Assembly (NCBI RefSeq): GCF_006345805.1
Contig: NC_043020.1
Location: 13,702,001 to 13,766,000 of the forward strand
Direction of reading: 5' to 3'
Length of the DNA: 64,000 bases
DNA from: Octopus sinensis
Lineage: Eukaryota
The notes below the pieces were generated by a model, which searched no databases, was not told the DNA's origin, and worked only from the letters and a program-made list of their open reading frames with translations. Made by a program: the position numbers and the translations under genes. Below, one piece after another: positions 24,982 through 37,663 of the stretch (within the stretch, counting starts at the first letter, position 1; the number at the start of each line of letters is the position of its first letter).

Positions 24982-26631
24982 AGAATTCACAAAAAAAAAA
25001 CAAAAGACAAAGACAGGTGGTGTAGAAAACAAACAGATGTATTAGTATAACACTCGGGAATTGAAAAAGTCTTTAATGTTTCGAGCCTACGCTCTTCCAC
25101 AGAAAGGAACACAGAAAGAAACAAGGAGAGAAAAAAAATGTGTGTAGTGGCTACCGATCTATCATGGCGAATAGATATATATATATGTATATATATATTT
25201 TATCTATTACCTTTTACTTGTTTGTCATTTGACTGTAGCCATGCTGGGGCACCACCTTGAAGGGTTTCGGTCAAACAAATCGACCCTAGGACTTATATTA
25301 TGATGCCTAGTACTTATTCTATCAGTCTCCTTTGACATTTATCTTCCATGCTGGCATGGGTTGGACAGTTTGACAGGCACTAGCAAGGCAGAAGACTACG
25401 CCAAGCTGTATTGTCTGCTTTGGCATGGTTTCTATGGCTGGATGCCCTCCCTAATACCAGCCACTCTACAGAGTGTAGAGGACGCTTTTTACGGCACACC
25501 AGCAACAGCAAGGTCACCGAGTGACTTGTAAGACAAGGATCCCTCAAATGCGGGGGTGGAGTAGTATTGAGGGAGGTGGCTTTGTGCCAGAGTGTGAGAG
25601 GTTAGAGTATGTGTAGAGGGACAGAAACAGATGTTTTGCTGTAAATGGAATACATGGCTACCTCATTTGGAAAAAGAGAGAAGAGAAGACAGAGGACAAA
25701 GCTAATGTACAGATAATAAACACACCAGCATCTATCAGTCTCTTTTGCTGAACCGCAAAGATAGATGCTGGTGTGTTTACTTATGTCCCCGTAACTTAGC
25801 GGTTCAGCAAAAGAGACTGATAGAATAAGGCCTAGGCTTACAAAGAATAAGTCCTGAGGGTCGATTTGCTCGACTAAAGATGGTGCTCCAGCATGGCCAC
25901 AGTCAAATGACTGAAACAAGTAAAAGAGTAACATGGTTTGAATGCAAGCCAAATCTTGTCTTTTGATCAGAAATTAGTTAACTTCATCCTCCGTGTCTCA
26001 AGCGCACATTCATGGAACCAAGTGTAATCGGTTCCCACGCAGTAAGGATTAATCAATCAAACCAAGCCAATAGATAAATTTATCAATACAAGAGTCCAGT
26101 GAGATCCATGAGTATATCCAGTGGTAATCCGGGTGGAGTGCTTTGTATGTAGATAAGGAGAGGTGCAGAAAGTTGAGGCTGTAGTAAGTCCAGAGTGTAG
26201 GAGGTTAAAGCAGGATGACTGCTTCAATTATTTCCTGGTTTCATATTTGTTTTATCTTTGGGTTTGATTGATCTTTGAATCTCTTTATTGATCTTATCTG
26301 CTAAGGGGAATTATCTTACAGCTGGATACTGTTCTTCACTTGACAGTGAAGAGAATACTTTAAAGAGACTTAAAGTTAACCATATTCTTCCTGCAGCCTT
26401 CGTCTTTCAAAAGTTTACCCTTAAATGATTTAATTCCCATAATGCATGTCTTCATTCAATGACTTTCAAGATTTGAACTTAGGCTCTGTCTGTTTACTGT
26501 CTGTCTGTATCTCACATCCCCAGCTTTCTTTTACAAAACAGTTTCTTTGACCAATAATGATAATGATAATCCTTCCTACTAAAGACACAAGGCCTGAAAT
26601 TTTGTGGGAGGGGAATAGTCGATTACATTGA

Positions 26632-26908
26632 CTATTATTATTATTATTACTTTTTTTTCTTCTTTCAAATTTGCTTCCATTTCTTGCCGAGTGTCTTCCC
26701 GACTCCTAGGGCAAAGAAACTCATAGTATACATTGGTAGGCCATTAAACCAAACTCAATAGTTCGTTCATTTTTTTTTTTTTTTTTTTTTAAGTTAAATT
26801 AAAATACATGAGCAGCAACAGTTCTCACATTGACAATGCTCTTCTCAATACGTGTGATGTACCAGTTAAGACAATCTTTTGCACTTCTTGCAGGGATGGT
26901 AAGCCAGG
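26632..26908 (-). mobile_element. 3' end of an R4/Dong-like RLE non-LTR retrotransposon with (TAA)n tail
   Basis: C-terminus PSLQEVQKIVLTGTSHVLRRALSM* resembles the LQKxxLLGTAxILRxVL terminus of R4/Dong ORFs; followed by a short 3'UTR and a TAA tail. Confidence 0.65.
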
Positions 26909-26958
<50 letters not shown>

Positions 26959-27049
26959 CATTATTATTATTATCATCATCATCATCATCATTATTATTAT
27001 GATTATTATTATTATTATTATTATCATCATTATTATTATTATTATTGTG

Positions 27050-27428
27050 TGAGAGAGCAGTGCATGCCACCAAAGTGACACTGGGGTAAAATATACGAAG
27101 CCCTGTATACCCATCATGACTACCCGTCTGATAAGGGTACACTAGGCACATGCATCACACCATATGTGCGTGACATGGTGATCTCATAGCAAGATAAACA
27201 GTACATAACCTTGCAGGTGGGGCTCAGTTAGAATTTTCTTCTGGTCGAGTAACCCATCCTGCTCAAAAGGTCCCTAAATAAGGGTTGTTTAAGGATGTTG
27301 AACAAAACACCCATGTTTCCAGAGGTGAATTATTCAAACCCCAAAGAATCCCTCTCAACACATGGCTATGATGCTCCCCCACTACTTCTGCTCGTGATCA
27401 GAGATGCACATATTGTCAGCCACTAAGG
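27050..27428 (-). mobile_element. TAA-tailed retroposon copy
   Basis: Colinear with 37663-38040; long (TAT/CAT)n tail at 26909-27048. Confidence 0.75.
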
Positions 27429-27646
27429 TTAGAGTATGAATAGAGGGACAGAAACAGATGTTTTGCTGTAAACGGAATACATGGCTACCTCATTTGGAAA
27501 GAGAGAGGAGAGAAGACAGAGGACAAAGATGTGTTGAGACAAGGCATACCCTTAAATTAGAGGGAAGTGTATTATGTAAATGAAGTGGTACAGAGGATTG
27601 GATAGGGTTAGTGGGTGGACAAGTTCATGAGAGTGCCAAATGGAAT

Positions 27647-27710
<64 letters not shown>

Positions 27711-27724
27711 GTGTGTGTGTGTGT

Positions 27725-29274
27725 GTGTGCCAGTGGCACATAAAAGGCACCATTCAAGTGTGATCATTACCAGCTTCGCCTTACTGGCACTTGTGCCCCG
27801 TGCTAGTAGGGTGCTAAGAGCACCATCCGAGTGTGATCGTTGCCAGAGCTGCTAACTGGCTTCCGTGCTGGTGGCATGTAGGAGACACCATTCGAGCGGG
27901 ATCGTTACCAGCATCGCCTTACTGGCACCTGCGCCGTTGCATGTGTAAAAAGATTCGAGCAAGGTCATTGCCAGTACCGCCTAACTGGCGCCCATGCCGG
28001 TGGCATGTAAAAGCACCCACTACACTCTCAGAGTGGTTGACATTAGGAAGGGCATCCAGCTGTAGAAACTCTGCCAGATCAACACTGGAGCCTGGTGCAG
28101 CCATCTGGTTCGCCAGCCCTCAGTCAAACTGTCCGGCCCATGCTAGCATGGAAAGTGGACGTTAAACAATGATGAGGATGATATATATATATATATATAT
28201 ATATATATCAAAGACTCCGCCGGTTACGACGACGAGGGCCCAGCTGATACGATCAATGGAACAGCTTGCTCATGAAATTAACGTGCAAATGGCTGAGCAT
28301 TCCACAGACACGTGTACCCTTAACGTAGTTCTCGGGGATAATCAGCGTGACACAGAGAGTGACAAGGCTGACCCTTTGAAATACAAGTACAACTCATTTT
28401 TGCCAGCTGAGTGGACTGGAGCAACGTGAAATAAAGTGTCTTGCTCAAGGACACAACGCGTCGCCGGGAATCGAACTCACAACCTTACGATCATGAGCCG
28501 AATGCCCTAACCACTAAGCCACGCGCCCTCACTATATATATATATATATAGGCACAGGCATTGGCTGTGTGATAAAAAGCTTGCTTCCCAACCACATGGT
28601 TCTGGATTCAGTCCACTGCATGGCACCTTGGGCAAGTGTCTTCTACTTTAGCCTTTACTAAGAGAAATAAGACGTTTGTGATTTGCTGGTTTGTATTTCT
28701 TGTACATATTATATACTCAAATTTTGTACAGAAGAAAATCTATATGGTGTACGTGTATTGCATTTTTGAGCACAAGACAACTATATGGTGTGTGTGTGTG
28801 GTGTGTGTGTGTGTGGTGTGTGTGCCAGTGGCACATAAAAGGCACCATTCAAGTGTGATCATTACCAGCTTCGCCTTACTGGCACTTGTGCCCCGTGCTA
28901 GTAGGGTGCTAAGAGCACCATCCGAGTGTGATCGTTGCCAGAGCTGCTAACTGGCTTCCGTGCTGGTGGCATGTAGGAGACACCATTCGAGCGGGATCGT
29001 TACCAGCATCGCCTTACTGGCACCTGCGCCGTTGGCATGTGTAAAAAGATTCGAGCAAGGTCATTGCCAGTACCGCCTAACTGGCGCCCATGCCGGTGGC
29101 ATGTAAAAGCACCCACTACACTCTCAGAGTGGTTGACATTAGGAAGGGCATCCAGCTGTAGAAACTCTGCCAGATCAACACTGGAGCCTGGTGCAGCCAT
29201 CTGGTTCGCCAGCCCTCAGTCAAACTGTCCGGCCCATGCTAGCATGGAAAGTGGACGTTAAACAATGATGAGGA

Positions 29275-29308
<34 letters not shown>

Positions 29309-29886
29309 AAGACTCCGCCGGTTACGACGACGAGGGTCCCAGCTGATACGATCAATGGAACAGCTTGCTCATGAAATTAACGTGCAAATGGCTGAGCATT
29401 CCACAGACACGTGTACCCTTAACGTAGTTCTCGGGGATAATCAGCGTGACACAGAGAGTGACAAGGCTGACCCTTTGAAATACAAGTACAACTCATTTTT
29501 GCCAGCTGAGTGGACTGGAGCAACGTGAAATAAAGTGTCTTGCTCAAGGACACAACGCGTCGCCGGGAATCGAACTCACAACCTTACGATCATGAGCCGA
29601 ATGCCCTAACCACTAAGCCACGCGCCCTCACTATATATATATATATAGGCACAGGCATTGGCTGTGTGATAAAAAGCTTGCTTCCCAACCACATGGTTCT
29701 GGATTCAGTCCCACTGCATGGCACCTTGGGCAAGTGTCTTCTACTTTAGCCTTTACTAAGAAGAAATAAGACGTTTGTGATTTGCTGGTTTGTATTTCTT
29801 GTACATATTATATACTCAAATTTTGTACAGAAGAAAATCTATATGGTGTACGTGTATTGCATTTTTGAGCACAAGACAACTATATG

Positions 29887-29912
<26 letters not shown>
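27725..29912. repeat. Near-identical tandem duplication of about 1.09 kb
   Basis: 27725-28818 matches 28819-29912; junction in (GT)n; copies differ mainly by 1-bp indels. Confidence 0.95.
28208..28530 (-). mobile_element. CORE-type SINE sharing the family 4 3' half
   Basis: tRNA head plus CORE-like gtgtccttgagcaagacactt..gctccagtccactcagct; duplicated at 29305-29629. Confidence 0.8.
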
Positions 29913-29917
<5 letters not shown>

Positions 29918-30265
29918 ATTAGTCTAGTTGCTATAGAAATAAAATAAAGAATTTGCATAACGGAAAGAGATACCATGTGTGTACCAAAATACTCAAAGAA
30001 CCTCTCTCTCTTTCTCTCTCTTTGTATCTCTCTCTCTCTTTCCCTCTGAATTCCAAGACTCCCTGAAACGCTTTGTCATTAGTCAAATAAAATCATTGGT
30101 TTTTGTTTTTATTTTTCCTTCTTTTGGTCATTTCCTGTGGTCTAAGAATTCTTTTTGTCATTAGATTCTCTTCCTTCCGTTTCTTTCATTCTGAAGCATG
30201 AAAGATTTTTTTAGAATGTAATGACTGTCTCTTATCCGTTAAATGCTAATTAAGGCTCTGCTCAC

Positions 30266-30336
30266 CTTAAAGCCCCTCAGCAATGTGTGTGGCCATATTT
30301 AGGAAGAATGGTGCTGACTGCAGCCATGGCGCCAGT
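30266..30336 (-). other. Candidate 71-nt non-coding or poison exon
   Basis: Acceptor ttctgtgtgttttag, donor AAG|GTGAGC; locally GC-richer unique sequence; stop codons in all three frames. Confidence 0.3.
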
Positions 30337-31087
30337 CTAAAACACACAGAAGCTAATGTTGTTGTTTTTTGTTCTTTTGAAATACTTGTTTCAACAACTG
30401 AGAGAAAATATTTTTAATATATTATATTCTAAAGACACTGGACTGACAGAAATCATAGATTTTGTTGTCTCTTGGGAGGGTAATTAGGCCAATAATAAAT
30501 ACACACACTGGTTCTGTTTCACTTCTTCCATTATTATCATTATTATTAAGGTAGTGAGCTGGCAGAATCATTAGCATGCCAGGCAAAATGCTTTGCGGCA
30601 TTCTGTCCATTTTTACTTTCTGGGTTCAAAGTCCACCGAGGTTAACTTTGCCTTTCATGATAGATAAATTAAGGACCAGTGACACACTGGGGTTGATGTA
30701 ATCAATTAGCATCCTCCCCCAAAATTTCTAGTATAGTAAAAAGGATTATTATTATTATTATTATCATTGGTCAATTTGTTAACCAATTAACTAATTGTTT
30801 AATTAATTGTTCAGTCAGTCAATCAGTTTGTCAAAGTTCTTTCATTGCCATTTGCTCCCCTTCAATGGCATGCCCTTTCTATTCCATGTCTGCTTCACAA
30901 ATAAGAAAATAAAGAAGGGAAACACAACCAGTGTGTATATGTGTGTTATTGGCATAATGACCCTCCCAAGATAAAAACAAAATCTATTTCAATACACAAG
31001 CTCACATCAAGAAACTTGCAAACCAACTACAAAAAGAGAAATAGTCTTGCAGTATTTATATATCTTCCTCCTCCTCCTCATCATCAT

Positions 31088-31461
31088 ACTCTTTTACTTG
31101 TTTCAGTCATTTAACTGTGGCCATGCTGGAGCACCGCCTTTAGTCAAGCAAATCGACCCCAGGACTTATTCTTTGTAAGCCTAGTACTTATTCTATCGGT
31201 CTCTTTTGCCAAACCACTAAGTTACGGGGATCTAAACATACCAGCATCAGTTGTCAAGCGATATTGGGGGGGAGGGACAAACACAAACACACACACACAC
31301 ACATATACGATGGGCTTCTTTCAGTTTCCATCCACCAAATCCATTCACAAGGCTTTGGTCGGCCCAAGGCTATAATAGAAGACACTTGCCCAAGGTGCCA
31401 CGCTGTGAGACTGAACCCGGAACCATGTGGCTGGTAAGCAAGCTACTTACCACACAGCCAC
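31088..31461 (-). mobile_element. SINE family 1 copy
   Basis: Homologous to 2721-3130. Confidence 0.85.
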
Positions 31462-33216
31462 TGGGTGTGAATTGTATGCTTTGCTGATGATGTCTAAGTG
31501 ACAGTGAAACAGCCGTAGTTGTCTCCCCTTCTGTAATGTTTTTGAAATGATAAGATTAGTTAGCGAGATGCTGTTTTTTACTTCCTCATCACAGTATTTC
31601 TAATTAGATAGTTAGTGTTTATTGCATTGAATATGTTTAACAGTATCTTTCTCTGTATAATTTCATTTGGTGTTCTAACAAACAAAATCTACAGTTTCTA
31701 TTCTGAAGTCAAATATCATTGAGTGTAATGTCAACAACTTTGTGTGGACAGCTGGTCTCTGACACCACTTATAATAACCTTTGTAAAAGAATGAACTCCT
31801 CACAATCTCACCTCCCTCATAAATTTTTTGCTTTATGCCCAAAAACATGCTTCGGAGGAAGAGGTTCACATTCACATGGTTTCACTGTGCAGCACTTTGG
31901 GCAAGAGCCCTTTACTAAGGCAACAGGCTGAATCTGTTCATCAAACGGAAATACTTGATTCCATTTCATTCCTTTATCGCTGGTGTAAATGTAAGACACT
32001 TAGTCGCGTTAATAAAGGAATTGTGGTTCCGAGTCCCACGCGGATAGGAAAGCCTTCTTTTAATTATAGGCGTAGGAGTGGCTGTGTGGTAAGTAGCTTG
32101 TTTATGAACCACATGGTTCCGGGTTCAGTCCCACTGCATGGCACCTTGGGCAAGTGTCTTCTACTATAGCCTTGGGCCGACCAAACTGGGTTACATCAAC
32201 TCAGTTTTTCACTGGTACTTAATTTATTTATCATGAAAGTTAAAAGGAGAAAAGAATGATTAGATTATATTGCCTTAGCATGGCCACAACCTAGTAGTTG
32301 GAACCATTTAGAGAAAAATACCTCAGTTAACTCTGAAAACCCCTTTTAAAATCCCTTATCTTGGCATAAAAACTCAGTCATTAACTGCCAGCGACTAAAA
32401 TTTTAGAAATATTTTACTTTTGTATAATGCCAACCAATTATTGTACACAGTTCACCAATTTTCAAATTAATTTCCAGAAACTTTACCATTTTATAAATTC
32501 TGGAGAATCTCCAAATATTTCTTTAAAATCTCAAATTAGTTTCAGCAACGTTTTGCCAAGATAACCTCATTTCTTAAAATGACATCTTATTTTCATTCTT
32601 TTCATTTGTTTTAAGACCATTTTTTTTTAAGAAAAAAAAAAAAAAAGAAAAATAACTGCTGCCAAATATTTGCTCTTAACTGACCTTGTTTGCAGCAATG
32701 TGGTGAGGAGTTGCGGGGAGGGGCACTAACAAAGGAATAGTTGACCTTTGTAGAGGGACCTGACAAAAAATAAAAGGGTCAGAGAATGTTTAGGTTGTTA
32801 TTTGGCAGACTAATATCATTAAAATGTTGTGCTGAAGATTACCCCGACAATCTTTTTGAAAATGGAATTAGAAAATAAATAATTTGACATGACAAAAATG
32901 TCAATTTTTGTAAGAACTGAGATATTGTAAATCAAACTTTCTCTCTCTCATATATATATATATAGAGAGAGAGAGAGACAGAGACCCCACACACACACCA
33001 TACACATACATTGGTGCAGGTGTGGCTACGTGGTAAAAAGTTTGCTTTCCATGCACATGGTTCTGAGTTCAGATCTACTGCATGGCACCTTGGGCCAGTG
33101 TCTTCTACTAGAACTTTGGACAGATTAATTTCTTATGAATGGATTTGGTAGATGGAAACTGAAAGAAGCTCATCATATATATATGCATGCATGCACACAC
33201 GTACATACACATATAC

Positions 33217-33265
<49 letters not shown>

Positions 33266-33267
<2 letters not shown>

Positions 33268-33631
33268 TGCAGGAGTGGCTGTGTGGTAAGTAGCTTGCTA
33301 ACCAACCACATGGTTCCCGGTTCAGTCCCACTGCGTGGCATTTTGGGCAAGTGTCTTCTGCTATAGCCCCGGGCCGACCAATGCCTTGTGAGTGGATTTG
33401 GTAGACGGAAACTGAAAGAAGCCTGTCGTATATATGTATATATATGTGTGTGTTTGTCCCCCTAGCAAACACTGCTGGTGTGTTTACGTCCCCGTCACTT
33501 AGCGGTTCGGCAAAAGAGACCGATAGAATAAGTACTGGGCTTACAAAGAATAAGTCCTGGGGTCGATTTGCTCGACTAAAGGCGGTGCTCCAGCATGGCC
33601 GCAGTCAAATGACTGAAACAAGTAAAAGAGT
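33266..33631 (+). mobile_element. SINE family 1 copy (young)
   Basis: Near-identical to 2721-3130. Confidence 0.9.
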
Positions 33632-34819
33632 ATATATAGCAATAAAAATTTATATATAAAGAACGTGAAATACACGAAGGGGCGAACACGGAAAACAGAC
33701 AAGTCATTCGAAGCCTTCAATCTTCAGTCAGAAACCGAATCATCATGGCAAATTTCGGCTGTTTAATTCTGAGATTTGCTCCAACTCAGCCAGCCCCAAG
33801 GAAAAAACTAAGCTGTGGGCATTAGATTTCTTGGTAGAAGGAAAGAATGTAAACGCAACAGAGACGAATATAAATACAAGAAACGAAGACAAAATTGAAA
33901 ACAGTAATGGTTAAAAACAGGATAACAGCGGGTGTCTTACGACTTTTAGAGAAGATGAGACAAAAGCAACTTATATATATATATATATATATAAAATTAT
34001 AATTAAGGGCATCTAAGAGATACCCTTAATTATAATTTTAATAATGATTATTACCTCTGAGGTTTTTATTCCCATGCTGGCCACCTGATAAGATCAGTAT
34101 TTTAAATAACGATCTTGTCCTACTTACATATATATATATATTATATATATATATATATACATATATATATACTGTTGTGTCTGGGGAGAGTCATTTTTTT
34201 TTAACACATTCACCAGCAAAATTTCCATTTATTCCTTATTAAAATATAAATAATGACTCTCCCCAGACACAGCAGAATATGCTTCAACACACAAACTCAT
34301 ATAAAGAATCTTGCAAATTAATTCCAAAAGCAAAATATATATATATATATGTACGTACACACCCTTACACTCACTCACACACAATGAGCTTCCACACAGT
34401 CTCTGTCTACCAAATTCACTCACAAGGCATTGGTCAGTCTGGGGCTATAGTGGAAGACCCTTGTCCAAGGTATCATACAGTAAGACTGGCCCAGTGGTTG
34501 CATGGTGAGCTTCTTAACGACATAGCTATGCCTTTCTTAAGGTTTTGGGAGTTTTTTTTTTCTATTTCGGATTTGGATTTGGTTTGCAAGATTCTTTATA
34601 TGAGTTCGTGTGTTGAAGCATATTCTGTTGTGTCTGGGAGAGTCATTTTCTTTTTTAACACACTCACCGGTAAAATTTCCACTTATTTCTTATTTTTATT
34701 TTCCTAAAATTTTCGTCGTGTCTTCCAACATTTTCAATAGTCAAGACTTTTGAAAAGGTTGCAAGACACAACGAAAATTTGTGTGTTAAATTATAAGGCA
34801 CAAAAAGTGAGCATGTTAA

Positions 34820-35014
34820 CCCTTTCGTTACCATATTTATTTTGAGATGCTCTGTGTTTCTTTCAATTAATTTTAAATATAACAAAGAACTTAATAAAAT
34901 AACTTTGTTATCATTAAGCTAGTATTAGCAACATAAATTGTGACTAAGGTTTGGTGGAAGATTTTAATGCAGAATTTTTGAAAATACGACATTTGTACTA
35001 CAGAGCCAAAAGGG
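34820..35014. mobile_element. piggyBac-like MITE (second family)
   Basis: TTAA flanks with ccctttc ... aaaaggg ends. Confidence 0.65.
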
Positions 35015-35879
35015 TTAAATTATAAGTGCGAGTGTGTTAAATTGTAAGGCACAAAAAGAAAATGACTCTCCCCAGACACAACAGATTTTTTTCTCTTTTT
35101 CCATTATTATTTTTGCAACCATTTCATATCGCTATTTGAAATTTCATATTTATCTCTTCAGGAAAGAGATAAAGTCAGAAGTGTTACACAATTCTTATCT
35201 CCATTTTACAAATTTTTCCAAAAATTAATTTTACTAGTTATATCAAAATCACCAGCGCAAATGCTAATTAATAATCAATAATGATAATTAATAACAAATA
35301 ATGATACAGTCATGGCTTGTACAATTAAGAAGTTCATTTCACAACCCTCTGGTTTCAGGTTCAGTCATTGGGCAAGTGTTTTCAACTATAACCCCAGGCC
35401 AACCAGTGCCTTGGAAAAGAATTTTGTAGACAGAAACATGGGTGTGTATGTGTGTGTGTATTGTTGACATTGCACATGTTCTATGCTGCCACAACCATGT
35501 TCTATGCTTCCACAAGAGAGTCTGATAATCATTTGAAATTCTTCTCATTCATGACATTAGAGTGTTGTTTGTTTTGATTTTTGTAAAATTTCTATATATT
35601 TTTTTTAATTCTTTTACTTTAATCATTCCCTATTAATTTTTATAACATTATTTTTATCATCATCTTCATTATTATTATTATTAATATTATTATTATTATT
35701 ATTACTATTATTATTATTATTATTATTATTGTTATTTCGTCCATCTTTAAATTGTGTATTCAAATTTCCTCATGGTCAACTTGTCACTACAAACTGAGTG
35801 AAACGGTGACTTGATGTTTAAATTCCTCGTTGGCATTATGGCTTATCACTTTGTCCTTTTAAAAACACCCCTCAAATAT

Positions 35880-36161
35880 AAAAATATTCCCAGGAAGATA
35901 TGAGATGAGATGGCGAAGTATCTCAATGCATCTGAATAAACATTGCTGGACAACAAATAGAGACTCGGACATTGCTTAGAAAATATTTTTCATTTTTAAC
36001 CTCAGGAGTGGCTGTGTGGTAAGTAGCTTGCTAACCAACCACATGGTTCCAGGTTCAGTCCCACTGCGTGGCATCTTGGGCAAGTGTCTTCTGCTATAGC
36101 CCCGGGCCGACCAATGCCTTGTGAGTGGATTTGGTAGACGGAAACTGAAAGAAGCCTGTCG

Positions 36162-36204
<43 letters not shown>

Positions 36205-36497
36205 ATGTGTTTGTGTGTCTGTGTTTGACCCCCTAGCATTGCTTGACAACCGATGCTGGTGTGTTTACGTCCCCATCACTTAGCGGTTTGGCAAAAGAGA
36301 CCGATAGAATAAGTACTGGGCTTACAAAGAATAAGTCCCGGGGTTGATTTGCTCGACTAAAGGTAGTGCTCCAGCATGGCTGCAGTCAAATGACTGAAAC
36401 AACTAAAAGAGTAAAGGGAGAGTATATAGTACGCACTAGGGACTTTGACCTTTAAGTTTGGGTGGGGGGGAATGCAGATTATACTCGAGGATTTATA
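35880..36497. mobile_element. Partial copy of the same pogo-like MITE, interrupted by a SINE at about 36004-36424
   Basis: Reverse-complement match to about 58800-58960 on both sides of the SINE; ends in tatactcgaggattta. Confidence 0.75.
36004..36424 (+). mobile_element. SINE family 1 copy inserted in the pogo-like MITE
   Basis: Near-identical to 2721-3130. Confidence 0.9.
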
Positions 36498-37530
36498 TTA
36501 TTTCTAATATATTCAGAACATTAATGATAATATTGATGAATATAAAGAGTTTAAATGAGTTTTTTAAATTACTATACTTATTTAAAGTGATCAGTTACCC
36601 AGCAACCCTTTGGTCCTAGTGGTGCCAGTTAGGAGGGACTTTACTGCAAAAAAATACCAAAGCTGACCTTAGTAAGATTTGAACTCAAAGCAAAGAGATT
36701 TGTATTTCACTAGAGCTTGCCTCACTGTTTATGTTTTTCTAGTTTACTTTGCTTTTAATAAAATAAGTACGAGACCAATATTCTTGAGAAGAATACAATC
36801 CTCTCTAATCTTCTACAACTATTGTCTGCGAGGTGAGATACATAATCAATAATGATAGAATGCTATCAAATTTTGAAAGGTTAAGTCAGTTTTGACAAGC
36901 TATCTGTTCAGATGGAAGCAATCAAAGTGATTAAGCAGGAAAATCTGGCAGTCTGTTATAAAAATGAGGAATCCATCTTTAGAAAATGTTTGTCTCTAAA
37001 TAAATTCTTCCAGTAAGTCGACAGTAAATAGCAGTAGTAAGGAAATGTATGAGTATACAATTATAGAGAATACGTCTTGAAATAACAAATAAAGAAAATA
37101 TACTCATACATATGTATAGAGTTGGCTTCAGGGTTAAAAACCTCCTCTAAAAACATGGTTCCTATAGATTGTATTATTTTCTACATACATTCTAGCTATT
37201 CTAAAATTCTTGTGACATACATAAGTCTTGGTACCATCTAGTATCTTCATTGAAAACTATTTATTATTGCAGTTGGTTTCTTTCTTTCTTCTCACAAGAC
37301 AATGTTTTTTTTGTTGTTTTGTTTTGCTTTTTTTTTGGGGGGGGGGGGGTGAGGTTCCCCCATTTTCTTCATGATTGACCCTAAACCATAATTATGTCAC
37401 CTGATTTACTCTGGGATAATTTAATGGTTGTTTGTTTTATCGTTGTGAATTTTCATACTTCATGGCTAGAATATTCTTCATTTACATTATTTACATTCGA
37501 CGGATATTTGTCCTCATCTAGTTTGTTGTT

Positions 37531-37576
37531 AACGCAACGTTTCAGCTGATATACCCTCCAACCTTCATCAGGTGTC
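37531..37576 (-). ncRNA. Minimal type I hammerhead ribozyme motif in a probable Penelope-like terminal repeat
   Basis: gacac-CTGATGA-a-ggttg(loop)cagct-GAAA-CGTT-gcgtt; palindromic AACGTT stem III; one mismatch in stem I. Confidence 0.55.
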
Positions 37577-37628
37577 TTGGGGAAATTTCGAACCTGGGTT
37601 TTCATTCCTAAGGTATTCTTCAATGTTA

Positions 37629-37662
<34 letters not shown>

Positions 37663-37663
<1 letters not shown>

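Noticed and set aside
33700-33770. CTGAAGA..CGAA hammerhead candidate on the minus strand
   Set aside because: No plausible stem II loop and no GAAA/NUH arrangement.
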